Source of the DNA: Octopus sinensis
Taxonomy: Eukaryota
Length of the DNA stretch: 64,000 nucleotides
NCBI RefSeq assembly: GCF_006345805.1
Contig: NC_043009.1
Coordinates: forward strand, 66,216,001-66,280,000
Direction: 5' to 3'
Shown here: piece by piece, positions 1 to 13,438 of the stretch
Layout of the letters: every line of letters starts with the position of its first letter
How positions within the stretch are numbered: position 1 is the first letter of the stretch
Made by a program: the position numbers and the translations under genes
Notes under the pieces: generated by a model
Told to the model about the DNA's origin: nothing
The model's input: the letters and a program-made list of their open reading frames with translations, nothing else
Databases searched by the model: none

Positions 1-79
<79 letters not shown>

Positions 80-88
80 ATGTATGTA
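1..88. repeat. Compound microsatellite (CA)n(TA)n(TG)n
   Basis: Read directly from the sequence. Confidence 0.95.
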
Positions 89-320
89 TTTATCCCCAAA
101 TTATGGGGATTTGGTTCACAGGTGATCTAAACGATTACATACGCTAGGTAAGTACTGTAACGTATTACTGGGGTTCCAAGGTTATAGCCAAGACGGTAGT
201 TATGGATCCATTGCAGATTTCCGATGCAGTGGATATATAATTGTTACACAGGACAGCAAATATTAAGGCAAGGCAAACATCTCAAGTCGTATACAATATT
301 ATTTCAGGAAGAAATTCAAA

Positions 321-376
321 ATCTTACAGTTGTTTCTAGGATATCCCCGAGTATGGGATATTCCGTCATCAGAGAC
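321..376 (-). ncRNA. Type I hammerhead ribozyme motif (mirror copy)
   Basis: Minus strand reads gtct-CTGATGA-cggaatatccc-atactcg-gggatatccta-GAAAC-aact-GTA-agat. Stems I and II pair. Confidence 0.7.
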
Positions 377-392
377 AAATTTTTCCTTATTT

Positions 393-448
393 GTTTCTGA
401 TGATGGAATGTTCCATACTCGGTAATATCCCAGAAACAACTGTAAGAT
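393..448 (+). ncRNA. Type I hammerhead ribozyme motif
   Basis: gttt-CTGATGA(397-403)-stem II tggaatgtt/aatatccca-GAAAC(433-437)-aact-GTA(442-444)-agat. Stem I is gttt/agat with G-U pairs. Confidence 0.7.
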
Positions 449-528
449 TTTGAATTTCTTCTTATAATAATATTGTATATGACTTGAGATATTTGCCTTG
501 CCTTAATATTTACTGTCCTGTTTAACAA

Positions 529-529
<1 letters not shown>

Positions 530-564
<35 letters not shown>

Positions 565-770
565 TCACACATATGTATACGTGTACGCATACATGTATAT
601 CTATATATATCTACATATTTACATTTATGTATATGTTCGTATATATGCTCGTATATATACTTGCCTGCCTGCCTGCCTACCTACCTACCTACCTACCTAC
701 CTACATCCATCCATCCATCCATCCATCCATACATACATACATACATACATACATACATACACACATAATA
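530..770. repeat. Compound microsatellites (TA)n, (CTAC)n, (CATC)n, (CATA)n
   Basis: Read directly; explains the ORF-track entries here. Confidence 0.95.
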
Positions 771-2177
771 TATGATTACATACACTTAAATGTGGACATT
801 ATGATCCGCCATACCCTGGGTTTGAAGCGAAACAGTAGCAATGAACTAGCTGAATCCATCAAACATTACAAGACGTGGATCACAGAATGTTCCACGAGGA
901 TACAAATGGCAACCACAGAGCAGTCACTACTCGAAGGCTGTATGCGAACACTATTTCACCCTACTCTTCCTTCACCTCATTCGTCTTCCCACCCCATCGC
1001 ATTCCTCTCCTCCTCCTCCTCCTCACCTTCTGTTCCTCTCCTCCTTAGACTAAACACTCGACTCATCTGAAGCTTAGCTTCCACTCTACAGCGTCTGTCT
1101 TATAAGCGACTTAAGACTGATAAAGTACGTTAAACCAACGGATTTTGGGATAATGGCAGGCTAGAGTAGCGGGATTAAGAAACGGCAAAGTTTGGGTACT
1201 TTTCTCTCACTTTATGTCTGTGTGTCTCTGTTCCTGTACAGCATTTTGTGTATGTGTGTGCATCTCTACAGTTGTGTGTGTATGTATGTGCTTGTGTATG
1301 CCTGCGTGTGTGTGTACGTGTCTCTCTTTTTTTTACGTATGTTTGGATTTGTTTAACAAAACAGTTTCTTTAACACGCAACTATGTACACATATAAAGAT
1401 GAAACAGAATCAAAAAAACCTAATGTCTCTTTGATCTACTCGACTATTCGTAATTACAGTTATCCATCAATGGGTTGCTATTTCCACTCGTGTTTCATCC
1501 CTCTCACACTATTTTGATAGTCGAAAGTCTGTTAGAAGAAATATATCAAAATTGTTTTTGGTTTTTTTTTTGCTCTTATGAAATAGACTGCAACATGAGA
1601 CGTTTATATTTTCCGCTTGACTGTCCATAAATACATCCATCAATAACATTTACTCGCTAAATCACATAAAATAGACGTAGCTTATAGAAGAGGTATTAGT
1701 TACGTCATTACTGCAGAAGGCCTTACGTCTGAGGGAACTGGTTATCAAAGAGTGAATCGAAACCATGCGGAGGAGGATATTTCAACAAAAGTTTGCTTTC
1801 TTCCTCTCTCATCTGTTTATATAAATACCTCCTTAGGATCAGTTGTAACCCACGGAGCCATTTATTTCCAAGTAATTGAGGGTCTGAACCAACATTTTAC
1901 CAACTCACCACCTCATTTCACGCCAATAAATAAAGTAAAGGAGCGTTAAGATGGGGAAACAGTGCAAACTGCTTAGAATAAATGGCCTTACCAACTGACC
2001 CCCAAAGAATGAAGGATGCCTCTTCAGACGTCAGTTATGATCGAAAAGATGTGTGTATGTGTTTGCGTATGTATGAGTGTGCATGCGTGTGTGTGTGATC
2101 ATCTAAGATCCCATATCACAAAAATACGCGCTCCTGTATTTGCCAGTAGTATGGGTATATTCATGGTATTGAAGATG

Positions 2178-2389
2178 AACCGTTAGCACGCCGGGCGAAA
2201 TGCGTAGCCGTATTTCTTCTGCCGTTACTTTGTGAGTTCAAATTCCGCCGAGGTCGACTTTGCCTTTCAACCTTTCGGAATCGATAAATTAAGTACCAGT
2301 TACGCACTGGGGTCGATGTAATCGACTTAATACCTTTCTCTGTCCTTTGTCCCCTCTATGTTTAGCCCCTTCTGGGCAATAAAGAAATA
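2178..2389 (+). mobile_element. tRNA-derived SINE, family A (slightly 5'-truncated)
   Basis: gttagcacgccgggcgaaatgc head, B-box-like gagttcaaattcc, and core ctttcaacctttcggaatcgataaattaagtaccag shared with more than 10 copies in the window. Confidence 0.9.
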
Positions 2390-3248
2390 TATATATTATA
2401 GATCTTAGTAAACGTTTTCGCATTGGGTATTAAATAACTGGGTTTCCGATAGCTACCACCTCTGAAGAGTACGTGGTGTTAGTTAACCGTGCAGTAATCT
2501 AATACACGATTATCTAATACTCATTGCGAAGCCTATTGGTAACATCCGCCGAAATGGATCTGTATAAACCTCTACATTATGCTATATATATATATATTGC
2601 ATGGTATACAGTTTATAGTGAGAAGAATGTTGGCACCACAGAAAGAAACACTTATTTTCTAGAATAATGAATAATATTTTCCCACCTGTACACATCTTGC
2701 CAATGCCAAGACCCACAAATTGTGTAAGAGCTTTTCGCACTCTGCTAACACAACAATTTGAACCACTATATATAAGCTTTAAGCAACGGTGTGCAATCAT
2801 TTCTGAGGAGTTTCACTTCTTTCACTTTGAACAACGAACTGAATCTATGATTGGTTTCATTTGGGTCGTTATTTCAATTTCTATGTCCATCGAGGATACT
2901 CCTCATGAATGGGCCTAAGACAACAGAAGTATCTTTAAGTCATACCAGCAATGCAATCATGTTTATAGAGGTGTAGTTGATGCCATAATAACTGTATGTT
3001 GGAATTTACCGTCAGCCACGACATAATTTCATCACAGGTAAATATAGTTTCGTAAAAGTATACATAAACAAGACTAAGTTTAGTTATCCCAGGTAATTGA
3101 CAAGATTGAATATAAAAGTTATTGGGATTTATCAATATATTTATGTGTGCGTTCGCACGCGTGTGTATTCATGAAGTTAAAGCGTTAATCCCAACATATT
3201 TGTTTCACTCTCGTTTTTTTCTTTGTTCTCTCTCTCTCCATTTTTCCC

Positions 3249-3384
3249 TCTCATCTCTTTATGTCGAAGAGCGTAGGTTCGAAACGTCAAAGACTTTTCC
3301 ATTCTTCCCGAGCGTTAAACTAATACACCTGTTTGTTGTTCCTACAACTGTCTTCGTTTTCTGTTTTCTGTAAATTTGAACTAT
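3249..3384 (+). mobile_element. Short repeat family F with hammerhead-like core; probable PLE 3' remnant
   Basis: Homologous to 9149-9312 (gaagagcgtagg.tcgaaacgt.aaagacttt...cccgagcgtta.actaatac). Ends tgtaaatttgaac before a TA/TG microsatellite. Confidence 0.6.
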
Positions 3385-3429
3385 GTATATGTGTGTGTGA
3401 TTGTGTGTGTGTGTGCATTTATATATATA

Positions 3430-3586
3430 TTATTGATAATAAAACGAATGGTTTACAACTGGTAGCTTACTGGTAAAGCAGGGTCACTTTTACAGTGATC
3501 GTTTATGTATTTAGCAAATGAAAGATGGATGATAGAATATACGAGAATTTATTATTAATTACATCATTCGTTTCGACACATCTAGA
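3430..3586 (-). mobile_element. Diverged copy of the 22655-22830 repeat family
   Basis: gaaagatgg...atacgagaatttatt...tcgtttcgacacatctag aligns by eye with the 22510-22592 arm, and 3440-3480 aligns with the 22765-22810 extension. Confidence 0.5.
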
Positions 3587-3590
3587 TATA

Positions 3591-4210
3591 CAGGGTGCGT
3601 AAGGTATTTGAGGGTATACCTTTGTTTTGGATTTTGCTGTATTTTTTGCTAACTCTTTATAATCTTTGTTTTTACAAAGTAATAATGGCAGACCCTCAGC
3701 TTGCTCAAAAAAAGAGGAGGCATTCTTTTACTGTGGTTATAAAGGCTGAGTATAGCGATTTAGAAATATCTTGATTTTTAAAAGTTGCCAGATCTTTTGT
3801 CTACAAAGTTCATAAGGAGTTAGAGACTGAAGATGGAAACCTATCACTAGTATCAAAGCGTAAAAAGCATTCTAAGCGCTCTGAAATCATCAGAACACCT
3901 GAATTTATCCAGCATGTTCACTAGAGCATTGATTACAATCCCAGAAAGTCCGTGAGGTCAATTGCAAAAGATCCCCATGTATCAGAAGGAACGGTCAGAA
4001 ATATTGTCCACGACGATATTATATATAAGTATGATGAGGAAAGGTCGATTTGTCAGAAAAAGCAAAAGAAAATCACTACATCAGATCTAAAAGGCTCTTA
4101 AACTGAAAAATCCAGCAGAAGAAAATTTGATTTGGTTTTTCTCAAACGAGAAAAACTTCGACCAAGATCAAAACGTTAACAGACGAAATGGCAGACGGTT
4201 AGGAAGATCT
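3591..4210 (+). mobile_element. Decayed Tc1/mariner-superfamily transposon, DD37D (maT/Bmmar1-like) 5' part
   Basis: Begins TA-CAGGGTG. The frameshifted translation gives an HTH region (IDYNPRKSVRSIAKDPHVSEGTVRNIVHDDI) and the first catalytic block IWFFSNEKNFDQDQNVNRRN (FSDEK-like). Confidence 0.75.
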
Positions 4211-4617
4211 ACATGTAAACCAACATTTTCTTTACACTTCTCATCCATATTAACTTTCCGACATTACCAAATTCCTATAGAGAGAGTTTTACATTTTTTC
4301 TCTACAAAGACTTTTTCATTGGTTATTTTCCTCTCATCCAATCTTCTCCGGAAGAGATCATTTCTTAATCGCAGATTCTAATTATTCTTCTAGGGTTATT
4401 TCTATTTTAAGACAGAATTAAGTATTAAGATTTTCATCAATATGTGTCATAAAAAGCCAAACACAAGACGGAAAATACTCAGAATACTATAACAAGATCA
4501 ACATTTCACTCAACTTACAGCTTTCAAACCAATTAACAATCGTGCAGCCGAATTCCTGCTAACTTTTTACAGAACGACCGACATTATCGACTCTTAAATT
4601 TGGTATTCTTTTTTTTT

Positions 4618-5092
<475 letters not shown>

Positions 5093-5400
5093 CTGGTAGT
5101 ATAAATCTATTTTCTCTTTTAATATAATTTTGTTAGTTTACTTCCATAAGATTCCACTTTGATTGTGGGATAGGTTTTAAGAACAACACATGAATACTAT
5201 ATTATTCTCTATACTAATGTCCAACAGAACAAGGTGTGCCACCAGCCTTTGAAACTTGCAATGAGATGTAATTCCATTAATCAGATTATGAATGAATTAT
5301 TGAAGTTCGTAGCATCGTACTTAATATAGAAATAAATGTTTGTAACTAATTAATCTCATATAGACAGGGAGGAAAAGAGCACAAACACAACTCAAAGGTT

Positions 5401-5607
5401 AATATTGGTTTTAAATTTCGATACAAGGCCAGCAATTTCGGGAAAGGGGTTAAGTCGATTTCATTGCCCAATTGGTACTTGTTTTATCGACCCTGAAAAG
5501 ACGAAAGGCAAAGTCAACCTCAGCGGATTTTGAACTCAGAACGTAGAGACGGACGAAATGCCGCTAAGCACTTTGCCCTGCATACTAACAATTCTACCAG
5601 CTCTCAC
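5401..5607 (-). mobile_element. SINE family A, older copy
   Basis: Plus-strand aaaggcaaagtcaacctcagcggattttgaactcagaacg is the reverse complement of the family core. Confidence 0.85.
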
Positions 5608-5625
5608 CACATTCTCCATGGTTAA

Positions 5626-5989
5626 TCTCTCTCTATATAAAGCTGAAGTTGTCTGTGTATGGCAGGCTGGGTAGCCTTTAACTTACACTATCTCCTCCGA
5701 GACCCTGTGGCGCAAGTTAACTAAAATTGAGAGTATGATAGAAGAAGGCTTGCTCTTCCTTCCAAAGAAGAAAAAATTCAAATCGGACCATGTTAACACC
5801 AAAAATTATTGAAAATCCCTATTTTTAACGATTTTTTGACTGCTGTGTCGCCATCTTTCGGTGTATTTCAACGAGAAAAATGTTCACTTAAAGAGAATAA
5901 CAAGCTACATAATGCAAAATTTTACTTTACAAAAATTCCAATTCTAAAGGGTCGAAACAAACCCGAGCAACGCCGGGCGATACTGCTAG
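5626..5989 (+). mobile_element. Non-autonomous Helitron
   Basis: 5' TC (tctctctctatataaagc), subterminal hairpin cccgagcaacgccggg (5962-5977) and 3' CTAG (5986-5989). It lies between A (5625) and T (5990) with no target-site duplication. Confidence 0.85.
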
Positions 5990-6967
5990 TATTAATTTAC
6001 TCTGATCTTGACAAATACGGGCGATTGCTCCGAACATGTTTCGCTCTTATGCGACCTCTATAATGATACATAACGATCTCCTTGGCAGATTAGTGATAAG
6101 AGAATTGCTATATTGATATACGATAATGTGTACAAATATGAATAAACTGTTAAAATCATATTAGCCATAATAAGAGCCAGTTTATAAACTTCTCTTAATG
6201 CTTCGTGATCTGTTTCTGTTGTTTTTCTTTTATTGTCTCTCATGTTATTCTTTGACTGTTTCTTTGCATTATTGTTTTATAGATTTTTTATTATGAAACA
6301 TTTTCAAATTCCAGTTTCTAATCATCTCTGATAGGTTTTTGTTTTTCTAGCAACAAAACAAACTTTATTTATTCATTTAGAAATTATAACTACCAAGTAC
6401 TACAATGTAACTAATAGTGTTCTACACACCTCTTCACTCCAAGATATCCGTTTGTTTCTTTCTTTTTTTATTTGTTTGTTTATCTTATCCTATGACAGAC
6501 TTACACCTGTTCATATATTGCATGTTCCCATGAAATTGCTTACTGATTACGGCAATATCATTAACAAAATGTTTATTTGCCAGAAAACTCGTTCGTCCAT
6601 TCATAAACATTTTTCTTCTCACGTCGTCAATCATTGTCAGCGACCGCTGCCCTCTCAATTTTCTTCTCATTTATTTTTTAGTATCTCACTTTATTATTAA
6701 ATGTATTGTCGTAGCTAATGTTCATGGCTCTTACTATTTGTTGCTATTTTATCCTATTTTCTACTTTGTACCACTTTTAACAAACAATATAGCGTCGATC
6801 CTTACAAGTTTTCCAACGAGACATTCACAAGTTCATTGCATTTCTGACAATACGAGCGACAAGGAAATATATACACAACTCAAGCGGAACAAATATTGTA
6901 AGGGACAGCGGCCGAAAGCGCCGATTTATCTTTCTCGTCACATTTTTGCCAATATATTGCTGAAAGA

Positions 6968-7286
6968 TACATACATACCTACATGTATACATACATATAT
7001 ACATGCATGCATACATACATACATACATACATACATACATACATACTACATACATACATACATACATACATACATACATGCATACGTACATGCATACATA
7101 CATACATATATACATACATACATATATGCATACATACATACATACATACATACATACATACATACATACACATACATACATACGTACGTACGTACATACA
7201 TTCATACATACATACATACATACGTGCATACATACTTACATACATACATACGTACATACATACGTACATGCATGCATGCATACATA
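6968..7286. repeat. (TACA)n tetranucleotide array
   Basis: Read directly. Confidence 0.95.
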
Positions 7287-7778
7287 CAAACATGGTGGCT
7301 GTCAACTTGTAGACCTGTATGACCCTCACTGACCAACTATTTTATCCAAGATGTCGAAGAAAATGAGTGTGAGCCATGCTCATTCTGAAATTCAAATTCA
7401 GTAACATTTTGCACAAAACCTTAAAAACCCAGGAGTCCAAAAATAACAAAGAACAACATTTCCGGTTCCGCAGAGATCTGCAAGTTATTTTGGAATTCTC
7501 TTCTCTAGAGAGACGTCTAAACAAAGACTAGGAATCTCTCACTCCCAGCTGTTGGCTCTTCTGAGATAATCTCTTATTTGGAAGAGTTTGTCAGTTGATC
7601 TTGTCGGATGTTCTGACCGTCGACAAGTGAACCGGCCAAACCGGCACCCCTACCAAGTTAGCTGGGTAAGGAGAATGGTTTTCGACAGACATTCTGTAGG
7701 ACGTAAAATACGTGTACACGCATACAAATTTACGTACATTCATATATAAATACACATAGATGTGTGTATATGTGTGAA

Positions 7779-7838
<60 letters not shown>

Positions 7839-8070
7839 CCAATACAAGGGCCAAAGCATCAACATAAAAGACAGTGTAATTCTGAGATTGATGCTCAGGA
7901 AGAAAGCATTTTGATGTTTCTAGCATAAGCTCTTCATCAAGTTAAACAGGATTAACAAAAGAAAAAAATGTATATATATATATACTACATATGTGGAAAC
8001 TCAGTGTGTGTTTGTTTGTGGTGTTGTTATCTAACTCCTTCTACATCGTTTTATTGATTTTGAGGAAACT

Positions 8071-8448
8071 TGACACGTGAGTAGAACTCATGTCTGGAAA
8101 CCTCATGACATACTTAGATTGTTCAAACAATCGATAATACGGTCCCTGGAAGGGACCTTTATATCTACCTCATATAACTCATTTTTTTAAGCACCCAAGG
8201 GAAATAACCCATTACATTGTTTACATTCAATTACCTTGAATATTGAATTTTTTTGTGTGTATCCAATTTCTAATTTTTGCAGACAGGTGAGTAGGATTTT
8301 ATTTGACAGGTGAGTAGAACTCATGTCTGGAAACTTCGTGACATACTTACATTGTCGAAAAAAATCGATAATAGGGCCCATCCAATGGATCCTCCTATCT
8401 ACTATATATTACAAATATTTCATTTAAACAACCAAAGGGAAATAACCC
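8071..8448. repeat. Imperfect direct duplication, offset 233 bp
   Basis: tgaca.gtgagtagaactcatgtctggaaac...gggaaataaccc occurs at 8071-8210 and 8304-8448. Confidence 0.8.
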
Positions 8449-8803
8449 ACACCACCTGCAGTTTATAGCGATGTGATCAATATTTGATACTCACGATCAG
8501 CCGACCGAATTCTTCATTTCACTACTCACAGTTTGGAACTGCTAAATATTATTATTGAACTTCCTTAATTTGAATCTTTTCATTCATACATTTCTATACA
8601 TGCATACTTTTTTGAATGCCCATTACTCCGATAATTCTGAATTTTTACAGTTACACTTTCTCCAATACAGTAGATAATTTTTTCCACAGCGTATTTGTAG
8701 TGGCTTCATGCAGGTATAGCATGGATTCGATCCTCGACTGCCAAATTTCACTTAACATTTTTACAGCGCTTTTCTCACGTTAAAACAATAGTTTTTCTGT
8801 GAA

Positions 8804-9000
8804 CGACAACCTCTCTCACCAACCTCTGAAAACCTCTCTCGACAACCTCCGACAACCTCTCCGGACAACCTCCGATGACCTCTCTTGCCAACCTCCGAAA
8901 ACCTTTCACGCCAACTTCCGACAACCTCTCTCACCAACCTCCGACAATCTTTTTCACCAACCTCCGAAAACCTCTCTCGACAACTTCCAACAATCTCTCC
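8804..9000. repeat. 23-bp minisatellite (cgacaacctctctcaccaacctc), about 8.5 units
   Basis: Manual phasing of alternating 13-nt and 10-nt subunits. Confidence 0.85.
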
Positions 9001-9148
9001 CTTCTCCAGCCGACAGATTTTGTACTTTTTCGTGACGGAAAATACACCTTTTGTGGTAGTTATAACGAAATTGCTTTCTTATATCAGAGTAATAAAGCGT
9101 TTCTATAGAACACCTTTACTCCCGGGAATTATTGGGTAGATTGCTAGC

Positions 9149-9309
9149 CACTACACATTCTTTATTTTCCCTCCTTGTTTCTGTGTTCTTTTCTGTAGAA
9201 GAGCGTAGGCTCGAAACGTTAAAGACTTTTTCACTTCCCGAGCGTTATACTAATACATCTGTTTGTTGTCTACACCACCTGTCTTCGTCTTTTGTTTTTT
9301 GTGGAATCT

Positions 9310-9312
<3 letters not shown>
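9149..9312 (+). mobile_element. Short repeat family F with hammerhead-like core; probable PLE 3' remnant
   Basis: Homologous to 3249-3384 and followed directly by (TA)n. Confidence 0.6.
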
Positions 9313-9355
<43 letters not shown>

Positions 9356-9454
9356 TGCTTGATCTCCAATGTGATATGAAGTCTAAAAGATTGTCAACGA
9401 CTGTTCAACTGTAATCCTAGTTGATTGTATTTGTGGCGATATATTAGACATGTA

Positions 9455-9670
9455 AGGCGGCGATTTGGCAGAAACGTTAGCACGCCGGGCGAAATGCTTA
9501 TCGGTATTTCGTCTGCTGCTACGTTCTGAGTTCAAATTCCGTCGAGGTCGACTTTCCCTTTCATCCTTTCGGGTTCGATATATTAAGTGCCAGTTGCATA
9601 TTGGGGTCGATCTAATCGCGTGGCCCCCTCATCCAAAATTTCGGGCCTCGTACCTAGGGCAGAAAGGATT
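9455..9670 (+). mobile_element. SINE family A, B-type tail
   Basis: Full head aaggcggcgatttggcagaaacgttagc, the core, and the tail ccccctcatccaaaatttcgggcctcgtacctag. Confidence 0.9.
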
Positions 9671-9682
9671 AATCGTGTAGTG

Positions 9683-9943
9683 CTGTGGTTTCCACACGGA
9701 GTCCATATGGCCTTTTGTGGAGTGGGACGGGGGGTCATAAAAGATTTTGCTGAAATGCACGTGCAATAAACTGGTTATATCTCTAGAATACAAGAAAACG
9801 TCTTTTAACAATTTTTATGCAATTCCCAATAAAATTTAAGCATAAAAATATAATAGTTCTGAGACATCGAATGGCTATGAGGACCCGCTGAGCAAAATAG
9901 GAACCAAAGGAGTCCATAGACAAAAAGCGGTTGAGAACTACTG
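9683..9943. mobile_element. Possible hAT-type MITE
   Basis: Right end ggttgagaactactg (reverse complement cagtagttctcaacc) and degenerate left end ctgtggtttccac. A related left end occurs at 32984. Confidence 0.4.
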
Positions 9944-11739
9944 CTGTAGGATGCTATATAAGGGCCAACGTAAGACCTACCAACAGAAAATACAAAAGAA
10001 AAACAAAAACGAGAATGGAACCTGAGAAAACTTACGGTCTATGTTGGTAGTAAATCATTACGTAAAATAAAGACATTTAGGTTTGTAACGTGAATTCTGA
10101 TATTAGCAGCTAAACAATTTTTCGGATAGAGACAATTCGTGAAATGTTTATGGTATGAGCGAAAATCGGTTTCATTTCTGCCCATCCACGGCAACAACAA
10201 CACTTCGTGGTATAACTTCATGTTAATGACTTCGTACCTAATTCATTTAGTAAACAAAGTTCAAATTTTGAATTAAACTCCTGTCAAAAGCAACTGGGAT
10301 CTTGTGAAAAAAACGAATTAGCTGTTGACGAAATTTGAAATATCGTGTTCCAGTTTCGTCTCTGATCAATGAAAACCTGTCATCTAACGACATGACGGGT
10401 TTCTCTCTTCAACGTTTTATAAGATGAATACGAAATCGCTATTAAGTTGGCAAATAGAGAGACAAATATATCTTACTCCCACGATTTCTTTGTGAAGTTT
10501 GTTTCCATCATTGCTCCGATCTTAAATGAAAAATTTCTTTTGATTCTTGCTGATCAAAAGAGCAAGTAGCAATGCAACAAGACCAACTGCAGAGAGAATA
10601 AATAGAAGAAACGGTAAATATCGAACATTTTATGAATATACTTAAGCGACAAAAGTAATACCTCTGTCTATAACGACATTATGTTACACGCACACACACA
10701 CTCACAAGCACACACACACACATGCACACACGCGCTCACACACTGTCATGTGTACAGATATATACACACATATCAATGTTATATATACAAGCAGAAGAAC
10801 ATTTATCTATTTATACATATATGTAGGCATACGTATTATATTTCTATATATACGTATACCTACAGCCATACACACATACATGCTTCTTTCTGTCAATTTT
10901 GTAAACCGAGATGATTTCATGAAAGCGTTTTCGGATTATTATTGTTGTTGTTGTTGTTGTTGTTGTTTTCAAAGTTCTAGCAAGAAAAGGGTAGGGAAAG
11001 ACATATTACTAAAGAACATAAAGATTTCATTATTTATTTATATATTTATTTATTTATTTATTTATCTATTTATTTATTTATTCTTTTATCTATTTATTTA
11101 GCTTTCAGCAAATCTTTTGCTAAGATCTTAGTCATCGATATTTTTTATTGAAAATATATTAATAATAATAATATAATAATGAAAATAATAATAATAATAA
11201 TAATAAAAACAGCAACAACAGTAATAAATAAGTAAATAAGTAAATAAATAAATAAAATAAATGTAAAAACAAGATCAAACACAATAAAAAAAAAACGAAA
11301 CGAGACACCGTTGCCAAAAGCTTTAGATTCTCACTGCCACCTCGAATTACTTTCAACAGATATGAAAAAAAAACAGCCAAAGAAATAATATTACAATACG
11401 ACCTGCTACATATATATATATATATATATATAATATATATAAATTTTTTATAAATGTATATATATATATATATATTTATACACATATATATATATATGTA
11501 TATAAATATTATATAAATGTATATATATATATATTTATACATATTTTTGTGTCTATGTTTATGTATGTGTATGCGGGTGTGTAGGTATGCAGATATTCAT
11601 GAGAGTGTGTGTGTGTATGTCCATATTAAATGTATGTGTGTCAATGTCTGTGAAAGATGTTCATATCTTCCTAATCGATCGTGTCTATTTGCTTCGCTGT
11701 GATTTATTTTATTGTATTTTCCATCTGTTATAAACAAAA

Positions 11740-11773
<34 letters not shown>

Positions 11774-12178
11774 GCATTCATACATACATAGGTATGCACA
11801 CGCATACCTGCACATGCACACAAACATACAAACCTACAGACATACTGACATACATGCAACAGACTGCCAATCACAGCGCCATGCTGAATTTCTTTAACGT
11901 GGCAACCATTTTAAATATTCCATCTATCAATGCTCTCTTTAACTTGCTGACTGGCAAATTTTATAGAGAATTAAACAAAAAAAAATGAAGTTGAAATTTA
12001 AAAATACAGAATCGGTAACAAACTAAATAATACAAACAACTGAATAAATAAAATTTGCGAACGATTTAAGCAGAGTAAAAGAGTTTGATACCTACGTCTA
12101 TATGTAATATCAATATAAATAATACATATGTATAATATATGTCTGCATATATATATATATATATGTATAATATATGTC

Positions 12179-12245
<67 letters not shown>

Positions 12246-12699
12246 ATGTATATATATTATATATATATGTATGTATGTATGTATGTATATTACTTTCAAA
12301 ACCAATCGATATTGAAATTCCTCCAGTACCCCAATTTTACCAACCTATCATTACATATTAAACGCGTTCCTTGTCTCTGCCTGCAGATCATTTATTTATA
12401 TTTAACATGGTTTCGGTTAGCTTACTTCTGTTGTCTCTTTATTACATTTTCTGATACTTTAATTATACCTCTCCATCAACTGCTTCCACTCTTATACAAA
12501 TACACTCACACACATATGTAGATATATTTATATGATGATGGATTCTCCCGTCGAAGACGATGTATGAACGTTAAGTTTTTACCGAACGACCTGCACAAGT
12601 GGTTTGCTTATAATGACCAAACGTTCGTGCCCTACATCTGCTCACTCGCTTCATCAAATCGTCGTTGCCTGAACAGGAACAGGTGAACGGTGCGCCACA

Positions 12700-12830
12700 C
12701 GTCGGGTGTCGAAGTGATCGCGGATCAACGTGGGATGAAGTGTTTTGCTCCAGAACAAAACGCCCCACTTGATCCAAGAATTGAAATACGCGTCTATGAT
12801 CCAACATCCTTCAACCTCTTAGATAACGGT
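12700..12830 (-). mobile_element. Fragment of another CORE-type SINE
   Basis: Minus strand ggagcaaaacacttcatcccacgttgatcc is CORE-like. A related fragment (gtgtcttgctcaagaacacaac) lies near 22107-22130. Confidence 0.55.
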
Positions 12831-13438
12831 TTGCGTTGGGTCGTGCCAAGTGCAACACTAACAACAACAACAACTTCCACCTTTGTGCTCTACAATCGTC
12901 CCTCTATCTAGGTCCTCGTATTCCTCAGTTCTCTCGGCTCCCTTAACATTCTCTGTTGAGTCGATGAAATGAAATACCAGTCAAGAACTGGAATGGATTT
13001 ATTTGCGTGTGAGTGTGTGTTTTGTGTGTGAATGTGTATATGGGTTTGTTATTTAGGTATTGGGATGTATGTGTAATTTGTCTGTGTGGGAGGGAGTGGG
13101 TTTTGGTGTATATTGAGTTTATAAGTTAGTATAGGTATGTGTATAAGTCGTGAGTCTGTGGTTTACGTGTGTGTATTTGTGTGTGAATGTTTAGGTTAGG
13201 GGGTTTACTTTATAGGTTTGTTATAGATTTTAGCAAAGGGAGATTTTATCGTTATATGTTTTTAAGAGTTTTTTTGTTTTATCATGGTTTTTTTTTTAGG
13301 GAATTCGTGGTAATTAGTCTATATTTTCGATATGGATTATATATAGGTTATATATGGATTATATACTTATATTTTTTCATTTATACTTTAATTATTTAAA
13401 AGTATTATTTTTATATTTTAAAATTTTGATTTTTTAGA

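Larger units (their letters stand above)
241..528. mobile_element. Fold-back element with 140-bp inverted arms, each carrying a hammerhead motif; probable Penelope-like element (PLE) terminal remnant
   Basis: Arms 241-380 and 389-528 are reverse complements (14 mismatches in 140 by manual alignment) around the 8-nt loop ttttcctt. The left flank is a short tatata and the right flank is (TA)n. Confidence 0.75.

Noticed and set aside
2455-2500. CTGAAGA followed by a pairing stem (gtacg/cgtgc)
   Set aside because: No GAAA follows the stem, so the core is incomplete.
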